DNA of 64,000 nt from a cyanobacterium endosymbiont of Rhopalodia gibba (GCA_045159875.1 CP067995.1:1600001-1664000); one strand, 5' to 3'; shown: positions 45,593 to 56,986, counted from the stretch's first letter. Numbers and translations: made by a program. Notes: a model not told the origin generated them from the letters alone.

Positions 45593-46957
45593 TTACCCAA
45601 CCAACAAACGTTCTTCAGGATATTGAACAACCCTAGGATTGATCTCACCGACAATGGCTGCCATAAAGACAAGAATACCTACTCTCCCAGTATACATGGC
45701 TAAAATTATTAAAAGTTGTGACAGGGGAGAAAGGCTGGCGGTAATCCCGGTGGAAAGTCCCACCGTAGTAAAAGCTGAAATCACCTCAAATAAAACTTGA
45801 AATGAACTGACTTCAGTATCAAAGAAAGCCGGGTGAAAACTAATCTCAATAAAGGAGATAAGAAAAGTAATAGAAATCACGGTAATGGTTGAACCAAAAA
45901 CAACAGCTACTGCTTTTAAGATTAGAGAAACTGGAATCTCACGCTTATACATCACTACCTGATCGTTACCGCGTAAAACTGAACGGGTGCAATTAGTTAA
46001 GATACGAAGTGTTGTAGTTTTAATTCCTCCTCCTGTTCCGCTGGGACTCGCCCCAACAAACATAAAACCCATGGTTAAAAATAGTCCAGAAATTGTCATT
46101 CCTCCAATATCAATACTGTTAAACCCGGCAGTTCTAGTTGTTACAGATTGAAACCATGCCCCTAATAATTTACTTTTAAAATCTAGTGACGCTAAGGTGT
46201 TCTGATTTTTATATTCAACCAATAGAAACATAATTGTTCCCAGTATCAGTAAGAATGCTGTAGTACTAATGACTACTTTGAAGTTAAGAGATAAAAAAAC
46301 TCTTTCTCTACGCTTTTTAATTTTGTGTAAAATCCAAAGATACAGTTCAATAATAACTGAATAACCAATGCCTCCAAAAATAATTAAAAAAGCGACTACA
46401 AAATTAATTGTAAGAGAATCTTGAAAGCCAACTAAACTATCTAGAAACAAACTAAATCCAGCATTATTCCAGGCACTAATACTATGAAAGACAGATATCC
46501 ATAATGCACCAATTTTTCCATATTTTTCTGTAAAAAAGTTAAATAAGAGTAAAGCCCCTACAATTTCAAAAAGAAGAGTCATCCCAATAATAGAACGAAT
46601 AATTGTTTTGCTATTTTCTTGGCGAAGGGGACGATCTAAAGATTCTTGAATAGCTAATTTTTGTCGAAGATCAAATCGCCGACCAGTTAATAATATTAAA
46701 AAGGTTGTTGTTGTCATATATCCTAATCCTCCTATTTGAATTAATAGCAGGATAATCAATTGTCCCCAAAAAGAAAAATAGCTCCCTGTATCAACTACAA
46801 TTAAGCCAGTTACACAAACAGCAGAAGTTGCTGTAAATAAGGCAATAATCGGGTTATTCCAATGATAATCATAGGTAGAAAATGGCAAAATCAACAAGAG
46901 AGTTCCTACTGAAATAACAGCTAAAAACCCTAAACAAATAGTACGAGCAATAGTCAT
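45593..46957 (-). CDS. ktrB: Ktr/Trk K+ uptake membrane subunit
   Basis: FTATSAVCVTGL, SAWNNAGFS, TTRTAGF, SGTGGGIKTTT, SAFTTVGLS; start set at the ATG at 46957. Confidence 0.93.
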   Translation of the reverse strand: MTIARTICLGFLAVISVGTLLLILPFSTYDYHWNNPIIALFTATSAVCVTGLIVVDTGSYFSFWGQLIILLLIQIGGLGYMTTTTFLILLTGRRFDLRQKLAIQESLDRPLRQENSKTIIRSIIGMTLLFEIVGALLLFNFFTEKYGKIGALWISVFHSISAWNNAGFSLFLDSLVGFQDSLTINFVVAFLIIFGGIGYSVIIELYLWILHKIKKRRERVFLSLNFKVVISTTAFLLILGTIMFLLVEYKNQNTLASLDFKSKLLGAWFQSVTTRTAGFNSIDIGGMTISGLFLTMGFMFVGASPSGTGGGIKTTTLRILTNCTRSVLRGNDQVVMYKREIPVSLILKAVAVVFGSTITVISITFLISFIEISFHPAFFDTEVSSFQVLFEVISAFTTVGLSTGITASLSPLSQLLIILAMYTGRVGILVFMAAIVGEINPRVVQYPEERLLVG

Positions 46958-47350
46958 AAAAAATGATAGCAAGTAACGGCAAAAAAACCAAGACAATATG
47001 GCTTTTCTAGACTGTATTTGACAACTTTATAATAAAAAAATTCGGAAGTCTTACTTTGCAAGATTTCCAAAATCCCAAAGACTTGATCTTTATTGAAATT
47101 AAGTTTTTGGGGTAACATGATACAGTCAGAATAAAAATTTTAACTATATTATGTCACTAACTTATCATACTAAGTCTAGAAGAGCCAAGAATATTACTGA
47201 TGAGTCTGAAATTTGTTTTGCTATTAAGTGAAGGATGACATATTATTTCCTCACTCCCTGCTGAAAGCCTAGCGTTGATTCGGTAACTTCATCAATAAAA
47301 AAAGCTTAATTTGGCATTTGTTTACCTTTGATGTAAGTGGTTTTGATTAT

Positions 47351-48964
47351 TTATTCTTGTGATCGCCAAAAAACAATCGATTCATTAAGGGGTTTAATTG
47401 TTGCTCCGGGATAATAAAAAGAAAGGATATTTTCAGCACTCCAACCTAATTTAGCCAAATTGTAAGATCCATATTGGCTCATCCCCACACCATGGCCAAA
47501 TCCTCCTCCAACAAAGGCGAACCCTCTTAATTGTTTTTGATTATTATAGATAGGTTTTAGATAAAATAACGTACTGCGAGGGGGATAAAAAGCACTACGA
47601 ACTTCATTTTTATGTAACTCTAAAGAACCTTTGTCCGTTTCTATTTTCATGGTCAAAATGCGCCCAGATTCCGATCTTTCAATGACTTCCATCCATCGAA
47701 TCATTTCAAAATCAGCTAAGGGATGTTTGCGTTTTTCAAGATACTTTTTTAAATCCTGACTTAAACTTTCAAGAGTTGCTTGTCGATTCCAACGAAAAAC
47801 ATTTCTTCCTGTTTCATTAAATCCATTCTTTAAACTAATAAAATTACGAAAATCTTGTTCCTTAGCTAAGGATATTTTTGACAAATCCCAAAGTTTTTTA
47901 GGAGAATCAATAACCGCCTTAAGATAAGGCCTTTCTTCTCCATTCCAAACATCACTAAACTTAGCTGTCACTCCTCCTGTGGTCGAGGAATAAAGAGCAT
48001 CTACTAACTCATTTTCATAAGTTAATACTAAGCCTTTGGTAGCTGCGACCGCTTGATCAGCTTTAGAACTAGTTTCACTTAACCCATAATAAACTTGACA
48101 GTGAGTTGTAGCACACAATTGGTAGTTATCTGCTTGAAACCGTCGTACATTCCGTAAGGCATAAGTACGGGCAATAATAGTTTGAGCTTTTGCTGCATTG
48201 AGGGGAGCAGATGGTCCGATTTCATGAGGAACAACTCCTCTGAGATAAGTTTCAAGAGGAACATTGTTAACTAAAGTGTAGGTTCCATAGGCGTTGGGTT
48301 GTAGCCGTAGACTTCCCCCATAATAACGGACTTTTCCTTGACTTAGACTAACTTGAACAGGATTTCTTCCTGGGATTATCTCTAAATAATCAGGACTATA
48401 AATTTTACCATCCACTGTAAAAGTTGCTCGGGGAGTAGCTGCTAAAATTTCCAATTCAAGATAGACATCCCTAAACCCTTTAGTTTTAAGATTTTCTAGT
48501 AACCAACGACGTAATAGGGGAGTTTCGTAAACATCGCGTTTTGCCCAAACTTGCCACTGTTCAGGTTGAGTAACTTCTACTTTAATTCCCCTTTCTTTCC
48601 ATTTATTCGCACTGTCTTCCGCAGTTTCAAAAGTAGCATGATCACTTAAAATCACTTTCTCTCGTAGCACAGGTGTCGATAAAGGTTCTTTAACTACTTC
48701 AATAGTAAATTGCTTGGTTTGAACGATTTGTTGTTGGCTATCATCGTCGTTAAATTTTAGAGTTAGGGTATCCTCACTAGTAGCTGCAATGACCAATTTT
48801 TCCTTTTCTTTTTCTCCAAACCTTTGAACCACTCCTACATCTAGCTCAACATCTGTTGCTGTCACAGAGGATGTACAAACCCCTCCAAGTAAAATAGGAA
48901 GGAAAAATAAGCTGACACATAGACGTTTGCCCCTGACTGGGCGACGAGTCTTGGTAATTTCCAT
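47351..48964 (-). CDS. SpoIID/LytB domain protein
   Basis: VPLETYLRGVVPHE, KAQTIIARTYAL, CQVY.G, GGFGHGVGMSQYG. Confidence 0.92.
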   Translation of the reverse strand: MEITKTRRPVRGKRLCVSLFFLPILLGGVCTSSVTATDVELDVGVVQRFGEKEKEKLVIAATSEDTLTLKFNDDDSQQQIVQTKQFTIEVVKEPLSTPVLREKVILSDHATFETAEDSANKWKERGIKVEVTQPEQWQVWAKRDVYETPLLRRWLLENLKTKGFRDVYLELEILAATPRATFTVDGKIYSPDYLEIIPGRNPVQVSLSQGKVRYYGGSLRLQPNAYGTYTLVNNVPLETYLRGVVPHEIGPSAPLNAAKAQTIIARTYALRNVRRFQADNYQLCATTHCQVYYGLSETSSKADQAVAATKGLVLTYENELVDALYSSTTGGVTAKFSDVWNGEERPYLKAVIDSPKKLWDLSKISLAKEQDFRNFISLKNGFNETGRNVFRWNRQATLESLSQDLKKYLEKRKHPLADFEMIRWMEVIERSESGRILTMKIETDKGSLELHKNEVRSAFYPPRSTLFYLKPIYNNQKQLRGFAFVGGGFGHGVGMSQYGSYNLAKLGWSAENILSFYYPGATIKPLNESIVFWRSQE

Positions 48965-49442
48965 ATTGAGCTAGATTTATAGTTTTTCTATTTTACGCTT
49001 TGTTATTTTTTATATCAGAATTATGGAAAATTTATATTTCTCCATTATGTAAACATAAGTTAACCTATTCACTAGACGGGATCTTATTAAAAATTGTTGC
49101 TAGCCGTCTTGGGAAAAATTTTGTTACGCCCTAACATTTGAAATTCATAAGTTTTTTAGTATCACATCAATTATGGTAAGGTATTACTAACAATCAGCTG
49201 AGATTCTATAAAGTAGAGTTATAGAAAACATTGCGACAGCAACTATAACCGCTTGCTGCCAAATTTACTTATCCTCAAAGGATTCATAACATCACTTGTA
49301 ATGCTAAAATTAGAAATTTCTAAAAATGAATAAGGACAAGAAGTTAGAAAGATAAATTTAATTAATATCGACTATTTCCAAATACTTATAATTTATTTTT
49401 TTTTAAACAACTATCTATATTTTAAGTTAGAAAAATTGTACA

Positions 49443-50135
49443 TTAGTCATCTATTTTTACATAAACTTGCCAATTAATGATATCTTCTAATAAAGATTTA
49501 TAGCCAGCAACATTAGGATGAAGTCCGTCAGGAGTTAACCGTGAGCGGAACCAATCTTCTCCGCGTCCTAACCACAAATCAAAAATATCTAGATAAGGAA
49601 TATTAAAATTATTACAGGCTTTTTTAGTAGCTTCTTTATAGCGATACTGATCAAAATGATTAAAGTAAAAACAACCCAGAAATGGCATTTTTTCTTCATC
49701 AACTGGAACCATTCCTATAAAAATAGCTGGACACAGTTGTTGTGCTTGGTGTAATAAATGGTTGATTTGCTGCTCAAATACTGTAAAGTCTGTAAATAAG
49801 CGTCCATTAGGTTGTCCTAGCCTAGGAGAATCATTAAGTCCCACCGAGAGGATAATTAAATCAGGGACTTGGTTACGCAACTCTCCGCGATATCGAAATT
49901 CTCCCTCTAATCGTTCAGACACCTGAGAAACACGATCCCCCCTAATCCCTAAATTGTACAAGACATGACCAGTCTGTAAATCTCTCATCCACTGACGACG
50001 TAGTCTTTCTGCCCAACCTCCACCGACTGGATCGCCATGTCCATAAACTAAACTATCTCCCAAAGCGACTATTTTTAAAGGTTGAGACTTGACAGGTGAT
50101 TTAAAAAGTCGAGTGGGCTTTTCAACAGTTTGCAT
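49443..50135 (-). CDS. GDSL/SGNH lipase-esterase
   Basis: ALGDSL, NLGIRGD, GLND, DGLHPN. Confidence 0.92.
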   Translation of the reverse strand: MQTVEKPTRLFKSPVKSQPLKIVALGDSLVYGHGDPVGGGWAERLRRQWMRDLQTGHVLYNLGIRGDRVSQVSERLEGEFRYRGELRNQVPDLIILSVGLNDSPRLGQPNGRLFTDFTVFEQQINHLLHQAQQLCPAIFIGMVPVDEEKMPFLGCFYFNHFDQYRYKEATKKACNNFNIPYLDIFDLWLGRGEDWFRSRLTPDGLHPNVAGYKSLLEDIINWQVYVKIDD

Positions 50136-50303
50136 TAGGGAATATCTCCTCAAGCGAATTTCTGGACAGCTTGATGTTTTTGTACAGGCGTTGATTATAA
50201 CTTACACAGTAATCGTTCTTAGTGTTGGACTATACAGTCGTTAAAACGACTGTTATTATAGATATAATCTTGGTTAACCCGTTCCCCATCCTACATATTA
50301 TTC

Positions 50304-50534
50304 ATGCATAAAAGACTTGCTTTTGACTCATCTGAAGTTATATATCACGCTCAGGAACTCCTCGATGCTGCGACTAACCGCTATAGAATTACGGTGCAAG
50401 TAGCTAACCGTGCTAAACGTCGTCGTTACGAGGAATTTGATAGCATTGACGATCCTTTAATGAAACCGGCTATTCGTGCCATTATTGAAATGTCAGATGA
50501 ACTTACCCAACCTGAAATCATTAGTGATAATTGA
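50304..50534 (+). CDS. rpoZ: RNA polymerase omega subunit
   Basis: [17 protein letters not shown]...[13 protein letters not shown]. Confidence 0.95.
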   Translation: MHKRLAFDSSEVIYHAQELLDAATNRYRITVQVANRAKRRRYEEFDSIDDPLMKPAIRAIIEMSDELTQPEIISDN

Positions 50535-50628
50535 AGACTAAAATCTATACTGAGCCTACCAAGTTTGTCTAGATAAGCCATAAAAATGGCAAAAAATCTA
50601 TATAAACTATATTTTAATATTATCAGTT

Positions 50629-51264
50629 ATGCTTTGGAAACTTCTTTATCCTTGGAATTTTTGCTCACATCTCCAGCGAAACATGAGACTACTGGTCATT
50701 TTTTTCCTGAGTGCTAGCCTAGTTATAGGGGTGGGACGGTTTGAACTCTCTCGAGATGACAGTTTTAAAGTTAAACCTGTGAACGCTCAAACCCTACGAC
50801 CGGAGGAAGCTGCTGCTATAGTTTATGAAAAATTATCCTATTTGCCCAAAGAAAATCAATATATCCGTAGGGATACAGAGAAAATTGATCCTGTTCAAAC
50901 TTTAATCAGTCGTTTGATCCGCTATCATCGGGATTTAAAACGTCGGGAACCCAGTGTTTCTCTTGATTGGAAAATTACCCTGGCTGACTACTTAGGGGTG
51001 AATGAATCAATGAAGAAAGATCGCTATCCTGGTAGTTCTACTCTTCAAAGTAACCCACTAACTCTTGACGTTGAGGCAATTCAAGAATTAAACCGCCATC
51101 AACGTCAGGAGTTAGTGGATTTGTTGGTTAGTATCTATACTCCTAAACAGAAAAAACTAAAACTTCCTACAATTCAGACAGAATCAGTACCTGAGCTTTC
51201 TCAACCGACTTTTACTATAGGACCTGGACTTTCTAAGCCGGGAGATGCTGATTTATTAAAGTGA
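50629..51264 (+). CDS. Conserved cyanobacterial hypothetical protein (exported)
   Basis: N-terminal hydrophobic segment; LPKENQY, RLIRYH, DWKITLADYLG. Confidence 0.7.
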   Translation: MLWKLLYPWNFCSHLQRNMRLLVIFFLSASLVIGVGRFELSRDDSFKVKPVNAQTLRPEEAAAIVYEKLSYLPKENQYIRRDTEKIDPVQTLISRLIRYHRDLKRREPSVSLDWKITLADYLGVNESMKKDRYPGSSTLQSNPLTLDVEAIQELNRHQRQELVDLLVSIYTPKQKKLKLPTIQTESVPELSQPTFTIGPGLSKPGDADLLK

Positions 51265-51281
51265 TGCTGACTTATTAAAGT
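51244..51281 (+). repeat. 19-bp tandem duplication at a gene junction
   Basis: GATGCTGATTTATTAAAGT GATGCTGACTTATTAAAGT. Confidence 0.92.
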
Positions 51282-51282
51282 T

Positions 51283-51651
51283 ATGAGTGATCGTCTAATT
51301 AAAAAAGGAACAGGATGGCGTATTGGCTGGAATCCTAACGCTGTTCCTTATCAGGGATTAATTGGTGGCAAAGATTGGGCAATAGAATTGACTGAAGCTG
51401 AATTTAAGGATTTTTGCCGTTTGTTTAAAAAGTTAGCTGAGACAATGGAAATGATGTCCCAGGAATTGATGGACGCTGAAAAAATTGCCTGTGAAGCAGA
51501 AAGCGACTTTTTGTGGTTAGAAGTAGAAGGATATCCCCATGCTTATTCCTTACGTTTTATTCTTAACCAGGGTCGTTGTTGCGAGGGAAACTGGTCTGAA
51601 GAAATGGTAAAAGAATTATTTCAGGCAGTTAAAATATTCGAAATATCTTAA
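51283..51651 (+). CDS. DUF1818 family protein
   Basis: G.GWRIGW, LIGG.DWAIELTEAE, ELMD.EKI, R..EG.W. Confidence 0.85.
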   Translation: MSDRLIKKGTGWRIGWNPNAVPYQGLIGGKDWAIELTEAEFKDFCRLFKKLAETMEMMSQELMDAEKIACEAESDFLWLEVEGYPHAYSLRFILNQGRCCEGNWSEEMVKELFQAVKIFEIS

Positions 51652-52358
51652 TTTTTTTAGAAAATATAATGATAAAAATAATTTCTAGGTGAATGATTTA
51701 AAGAAGATAAGAATTACTAGGTTTTCCAAGAAGTGATGAAAAAAAATTGTGAAAAAAAGAATATATAAACTTTATTCAAGAAGTTTTAGAAAAAATAAAA
51801 ACACTTAGTAATAGCCAACAACTTTTTAAAGTTTTAAAAAGAGAAAAAAATTAGATTAACCTATAGTATTTTTTGTAAAATTTTAAAAAAAAGGGCTAAA
51901 AATGTGGACAAAAAAAGTAAGGACAAGAGATCATCCATGTTCTAAAAAAAAGAACTAAAAAAGACAGTAAAGATTTTGGATGAAGAGGTATATGAGGCTA
52001 AAAAGTACTGCAAAGACGAAAAAATATATACAGTGATTATTCTTAATAATGATTTTAGTACATACAAGTAGTTTACTTAAAATAAAACTTAAATGATAAA
52101 AAAAAACTATACTTATTCTCTCTATCAACTTAGAGTCCAGAAATGAATTTAATAAAACAAAAATAATATGATAAACTCATGAAATTTTTCTAAAGATGTT
52201 TGAACATAAATATGGTTCAGATAAGACAGTTAAACAGAGTTTGTATCGAACGGTTTCTAATCTAATCAATTGAAGCTTAATATTATCTACTTATATAAAG
52301 ACAAAACAGCAAACAGAATAAACACTGTTCACTGTTTTTGATTTACGAATATCTAAAT

Positions 52359-52634
52359 TCAACCACCAGCAACTGCTGGGACAATACTTACTTCATCCCC
52401 GTCACTGAGAATAGTATTTGTATTATCTAAAAAGCGAATATCTTCACTATTTACATAAAAATTTAGAAAGCGACGGGGAGCTCCAGTTTCATCACATAAA
52501 CGTGCTTTAATTCCAGGAAAAGTCTTTTCAAGGGAGTCAAGTAATTCGTTAAAATTACTCGCTGTACATTCACAGTCTTTTTGATTGTTCGTAAACTTTT
52601 GCAAAGGTGTAGGAATTAATACTTTAACAGCCAT
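52359..52634 (-). CDS. MoaD/ThiS-family ubiquitin-like sulfur carrier (CysO-like)
   Basis: [31 protein letters not shown] with C-terminal GG. Confidence 0.92.
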   Translation of the reverse strand: MAVKVLIPTPLQKFTNNQKDCECTASNFNELLDSLEKTFPGIKARLCDETGAPRRFLNFYVNSEDIRFLDNTNTILSDGDEVSIVPAVAGG

Positions 52635-52736
52635 AGTTTTTTAGCAATAACTAATAATTATCAATTATCTAGCGTAGTAAGGGAGTGTAGCCATCAGGTA
52701 TGAATAAATGAGGAAATTCTGACGACTACGCAGAGA

Positions 52737-54029
52737 CTAAACTAAAACTTGTTGCCATTCAAGACGTTCTAAGGTCCGAGAACGTTCCAAAGCACGTTCA
52801 AAACTATCAAGTTTTGGCTCAATGGTCAGGGGTTCACCAATATATCCTTGAACCGCTTCTTGAGTTTTTAGTCCATTTCCGGTGATGTAAACCACGGTAG
52901 TTTCTTCAGGGTCAATCTTTCTGGCTTCTACTAGCTTCTTTAGGACGGCAATAGTGGTTCCTCCGGCAGTTTCGGTGAAGATACCTTCAGTTTCCGCCAA
53001 AAGTTTAATTCCTTCAATAATTTCTGCATCGGTGGCACTTTCAATATTTCCATTAGTTTTACGGGCAATATCGAGGGAATAGCACCCATCAGCTGGATTT
53101 CCAATGGCTATAGATTTTGCAATAGTATTCGGTTTGACAGGGGTTATAAAGTCTCGTCCTTCTTTAAAGGCGGTAGCTATAGGGGAACATCCTTCTGCTT
53201 GTGCGCCACTGAAACGGACAAGTTTATCTTCAAGTAATCCTGTTTTGATGAATTCTTGGAACCCTTTGTAAATCTTAGTATAGAGGGAACCAGAAGCTAA
53301 GGGGGCAACTATATGATCAGGAAGTTTCCAGCCAAGTTGTTCAGCTACTTCAAACCCTAGGGTTTTAGAACCTTCAGAATAGTAGGGACGTAAATTAATA
53401 TTAACAAATCCCCATTCGTAGCTATTACTTACTTCGCAACAAAGACGATTCACTTGATCATAGTTTCCTTTAACCGCTATTACCGTAGGGTTGTAGATAA
53501 GAGTCCCGAGAATTTTACCTGCTTCTAAATCAGCTGGGATAAAGACACAACAATCTAACCCAGCATGAGCAGCGATAGCTGCAGTAGAGTTGGCTAAATT
53601 TCCTGTACTAGCACAAGAAACTGTTGTGAAGCCCAATTCTCTAGCACGAGTCATGGCTACAGAAACCACTCTATCCTTAAAGCTGAGGGTCGGCATATTC
53701 ACCGCATCGTTTTTGATATAGAGATCTTTCAGACCCAAGCGACGGGCTAAGCGCTTTGATTTCACCAAAGGAGTCATCCCAGTGCCAACATCAATAGGAT
53801 TTTCGCTTTCTACGGGCAAAAATGCTTTATAACGCCAAATGGAATTAGGCCCTGTTTCGATGATTTCACGACTCACTTGAGCGCGAATGGCATCGTAGTC
53901 ATAAGCCACTTCTAGAGGAGAAAAGGTTTCTTCACACACATGAAGAGCTTTTAGCGGATATTTCACGCCACCTTCTTTAGAAACGAGATGGGTGAAAGTA
54001 GCGGTTTGGGTTTGTGTTGCCTGGGTCAT
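52737..54029 (-). CDS. thrC: Threonine synthase-like PLP enzyme (possible O-phosphohomoserine sulfhydrylase)
   Basis: NMPTLSFKDR (PLP Lys), CASTGN, EGSKT, ITGNGLK. Confidence 0.85.
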   Translation of the reverse strand: MTQATQTQTATFTHLVSKEGGVKYPLKALHVCEETFSPLEVAYDYDAIRAQVSREIIETGPNSIWRYKAFLPVESENPIDVGTGMTPLVKSKRLARRLGLKDLYIKNDAVNMPTLSFKDRVVSVAMTRARELGFTTVSCASTGNLANSTAAIAAHAGLDCCVFIPADLEAGKILGTLIYNPTVIAVKGNYDQVNRLCCEVSNSYEWGFVNINLRPYYSEGSKTLGFEVAEQLGWKLPDHIVAPLASGSLYTKIYKGFQEFIKTGLLEDKLVRFSGAQAEGCSPIATAFKEGRDFITPVKPNTIAKSIAIGNPADGCYSLDIARKTNGNIESATDAEIIEGIKLLAETEGIFTETAGGTTIAVLKKLVEARKIDPEETTVVYITGNGLKTQEAVQGYIGEPLTIEPKLDSFERALERSRTLERLEWQQVLV

Positions 54030-54140
54030 GGTTTTCGATCCTGATTTCTCGTGAATCTTTTACTGAAAAATTCTGTAATCTTCCGTAGATTTCTTACTCC
54101 GTTTCAAGCATAATATCATGGTAAATCTATTTCGTCAAAT

Positions 54141-54165
54141 ATACCCGACTATTTTTGTCGGGATT
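54141..54165. promoter_or_regulatory. IscR/Rrf2 type-1-like operator upstream of the thrC-like operon
   Basis: ATACCCGACTATTTTTGTCGGGATT matches ATASYYGACTRWWWYAGTCRRSTAT at 22 of 25 positions, about 110 bp upstream of the start. Confidence 0.7.
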
Positions 54166-55133
54166 AGTATTTGGAATATTTTTCTGTGTTTTTTCTACAC
54201 GAAAACAGATCTTAATCAAAATCCCCAAAAAAAAGACTATAAAAACTTAAAAATTCTTAATAATGCATTATCAAATCAATTATTTAAATACAGTAAACTC
54301 AGGGTAATTTGTCTCAAAATCTTAATTTTAGTTGATTGCAATCAACTAAAATTTTCTACGCTTATTTATGCTCAATTTTAATCATCTAAATAATACATAT
54401 TTATTTATAGAGGATATTAGTCAATAAATTCTCAGATGTCCATTGATTCAGATAATTTAGAAATTGTACTTAAATCGACTTAAATTAAATATATTGTCTA
54501 TAATCTAATGTTATCAAATACAAGGTGTAAAAATTAGATTTTGAACAAAAAATAAAATTCCTTATTTATCAAAATAATTAGACAAAATTAAAATATAAAT
54601 GTTATCTCTATATTTTGAATATATAAAATTTTTCATACTAAAACCAGCCAAATTGTAATATAAATTTATTTGGAAACATCATTAATACTAAGTAAACTAT
54701 TAAGAAGTTGAATATTTTTAAAATATCGTCTTCAAAATTTTGACGTCGATTAGTGTCAACGCTACTACATAATAAGTTTGTTAGAGTCTTTATTCATGAG
54801 CCTCACTTTTAAAATATCAAATATTAACTTATAAACATTGTTTTTTGTGCCTGTTAGCCTATTCACTTTTGATTAAGACAAAATTTAGAGCTCAGTTTTT
54901 CTTCCAAGATGATTAACTGTAGATTACTTAAATTTTTTTTAAAAAAACTTGAGACAGCTTGATACGAAAAAAGATGATTTTGGTAGACTACCTACTTGTT
55001 TTAACATTTTACCTAAACTTCCTCATATTCATAAATAATGATAGGGTTAGTTCTATTATAATTAATTGATGAATTAGAGTTTTATCTTCTAAATACCTCA
55101 AGTTATAACAAACGATTTCTCAAATAAACTATC

Positions 55134-56318
55134 ATGCTCAAAAAGCAGGTATTATTCATTAGTAATGGAACAGGAGAAGACCTTAATGCAAGTCTAATTC
55201 TCCAATCGTTAGTTAAAATTGCTCCCCGAATTAACATCGTGGCGATGGCGTTAGTAGGATCAGGAAACGCTTACCAGCGTTTGGGAATCACTCTGGTTGG
55301 ACCGAGACAAATGCTACCGTCTGGGGGAATTTTTTATACCCATTTTTTTAATTTAGTCAAAGATTTAGCATCAGGACTAGTGGGATTGACATTGCGTCAA
55401 ATTCAATTTTTGCTTAATTATCGTCATAATTGCGATTTTTGCATTGCTGTGGGGGATATTTTTCCTGTTACCATGGCATATCTCACTAACCGTCCTTTCG
55501 TAGCCTTTCTTGTGTCTACTTCCAGCTATTATGAGGGTAGATTGCGACTACCTGGGTTAACTCAATGGTGTTTGCGATCACATAGATGTCTAGCCGTATT
55601 TACACGCGATGCATTCACCGCCGAAGACTTACAACAGCAAGGTATGACTAAAGCCGTGTTTGCGGGTTATCCTATTCTAGATATCTTGTCTCCTGCAGGT
55701 AACGATTTAAACCTAGATCCCAAGATACCAACAATCGCCTTACTACCCGGAAGTCGTCTTCCTGAAGCTCTTCATAACCTAACATTACAATTGAAGGTAT
55801 GTGAGGCAATTAGTGAACTGGAAATAGTACAATTTCGAGTTCCTTTAGTGTCTAGTATCAGAGAAGAAGAACTACGAACTACTGTAAAAAGTCAGGGATG
55901 GGAATATCAGTCACCAGGAATATTCAGTAAAATCAAGCAGAATAAAACAATTGTTGTAAGGTGTTATTGGAACGCCTTTGCCGATATCTTACAACAATGC
56001 GATTTGGTTTTGGGGATGGCAGGAACAGCAGTAGAACAGGCAGTCGGTTTAGGAAAACCTATTGTACAGCTTCCAGGACACGGCCCTCAATTCACTTATG
56101 GTTTTGCTGATGCACAAATGCGATTGTTAGGAATTTCTGTGAAAACTATCGGGAAAACTCCAAATAATCCCACTCTATTTACGGATGCTGCCCACACCAT
56201 TCAAGCTATTCTTAAGGATCCCCAATATTTAGAAAAATGTTTAGAAAATGGGCAGCAACGGGTAGGAAAAAAAGGAGGCGCTGATAGCCTAGCAAATGCA
56301 ATTTCTCAATTTCTGTAA
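55134..56318 (+). CDS. Lipid-A-disaccharide synthase-related protein (TIGR03492-like)
   Basis: FISNG.GED, PSGG, AVGD, LLPGSR, MAGTA.EQ.VGLGKP, GPQFT. Confidence 0.85.
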   Translation: MLKKQVLFISNGTGEDLNASLILQSLVKIAPRINIVAMALVGSGNAYQRLGITLVGPRQMLPSGGIFYTHFFNLVKDLASGLVGLTLRQIQFLLNYRHNCDFCIAVGDIFPVTMAYLTNRPFVAFLVSTSSYYEGRLRLPGLTQWCLRSHRCLAVFTRDAFTAEDLQQQGMTKAVFAGYPILDILSPAGNDLNLDPKIPTIALLPGSRLPEALHNLTLQLKVCEAISELEIVQFRVPLVSSIREEELRTTVKSQGWEYQSPGIFSKIKQNKTIVVRCYWNAFADILQQCDLVLGMAGTAVEQAVGLGKPIVQLPGHGPQFTYGFADAQMRLLGISVKTIGKTPNNPTLFTDAAHTIQAILKDPQYLEKCLENGQQRVGKKGGADSLANAISQFL

Positions 56319-56440
56319 CTTCAACACTTAACTTTAGCTAACAAAAACATAGTTTAATCTATTGCCATCTGTCCTTATTCAGGTTATTCTTTTCGGAATT
56401 GTATATAAACATGACATATTAGTAGGATTATGATGCCACT

Positions 56441-56986
56441 ATGGAACGACGAGGCGTAACTATTTGGTTAACTGGATTAAGTGGTGCTGGAAAAAGTACC
56501 ATCACTCATGTTTTAGGAAAAAAATTGAGTGATAGAGGCTATTCTGTCGAGATTCTTGATGGAGATATTGTTAGAACAAATTTGACAAAAGGGTTAGGTT
56601 TTTCTAAGGAGGATCGTGATACAAACATTCGTCGTATCGGTTTTGTCGCTAGTTTATTAACCCGTCATGGAGTAATTGTTCTTGTTTCTGCTATTTCTCC
56701 CTATCGTGACATTCGGGATGAAGTTCGAGCCAGAATTGGAAACTTTGTAGAAGTTTTTGTCAATGCTCCCTTGGATGTGTGTGAAGATCGTGATGTCAAA
56801 GGATTGTACAAACGTGCTCGCTCGGGAGAGATCAAGTCTTTTACTGGAATTGATGACCCGTATGAATGTCCCTTGAACCCCGAAATAGAATGCCGGACTG
56901 ATTTAGAACCCCTCGAAGAAAGTGTCGATAAAATTTGGCAAAAACTTAGAGAAATGGGATATTTGGCTGAATCTCTAGCAGTTTAA
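56441..56986 (+). CDS. cysC: Adenylyl-sulfate kinase
   Basis: [35 protein letters not shown]. Confidence 0.97.
   Translation: MERRGVTIWLTGLSGAGKSTITHVLGKKLSDRGYSVEILDGDIVRTNLTKGLGFSKEDRDTNIRRIGFVASLLTRHGVIVLVSAISPYRDIRDEVRARIGNFVEVFVNAPLDVCEDRDVKGLYKRARSGEIKSFTGIDDPYECPLNPEIECRTDLEPLEESVDKIWQKLREMGYLAESLAV

Noticed and set aside
47255..47290. GCTGAA-containing stretch near ktrB as a c-di-AMP riboswitch
   Set aside because: Wrong strand for ktrB and the other conserved ydaO elements are missing.
51660..52100. Possible GGDEF remnant (DEEVYEAKK)
   Set aside because: A single short resemblance in A-rich sequence.
54118..54381. 87-aa ORF and the similar 44496-44786 and 61701-61889 ORFs
   Set aside because: No motifs, intergenic composition; 54118 overlaps the thrC promoter/operator.
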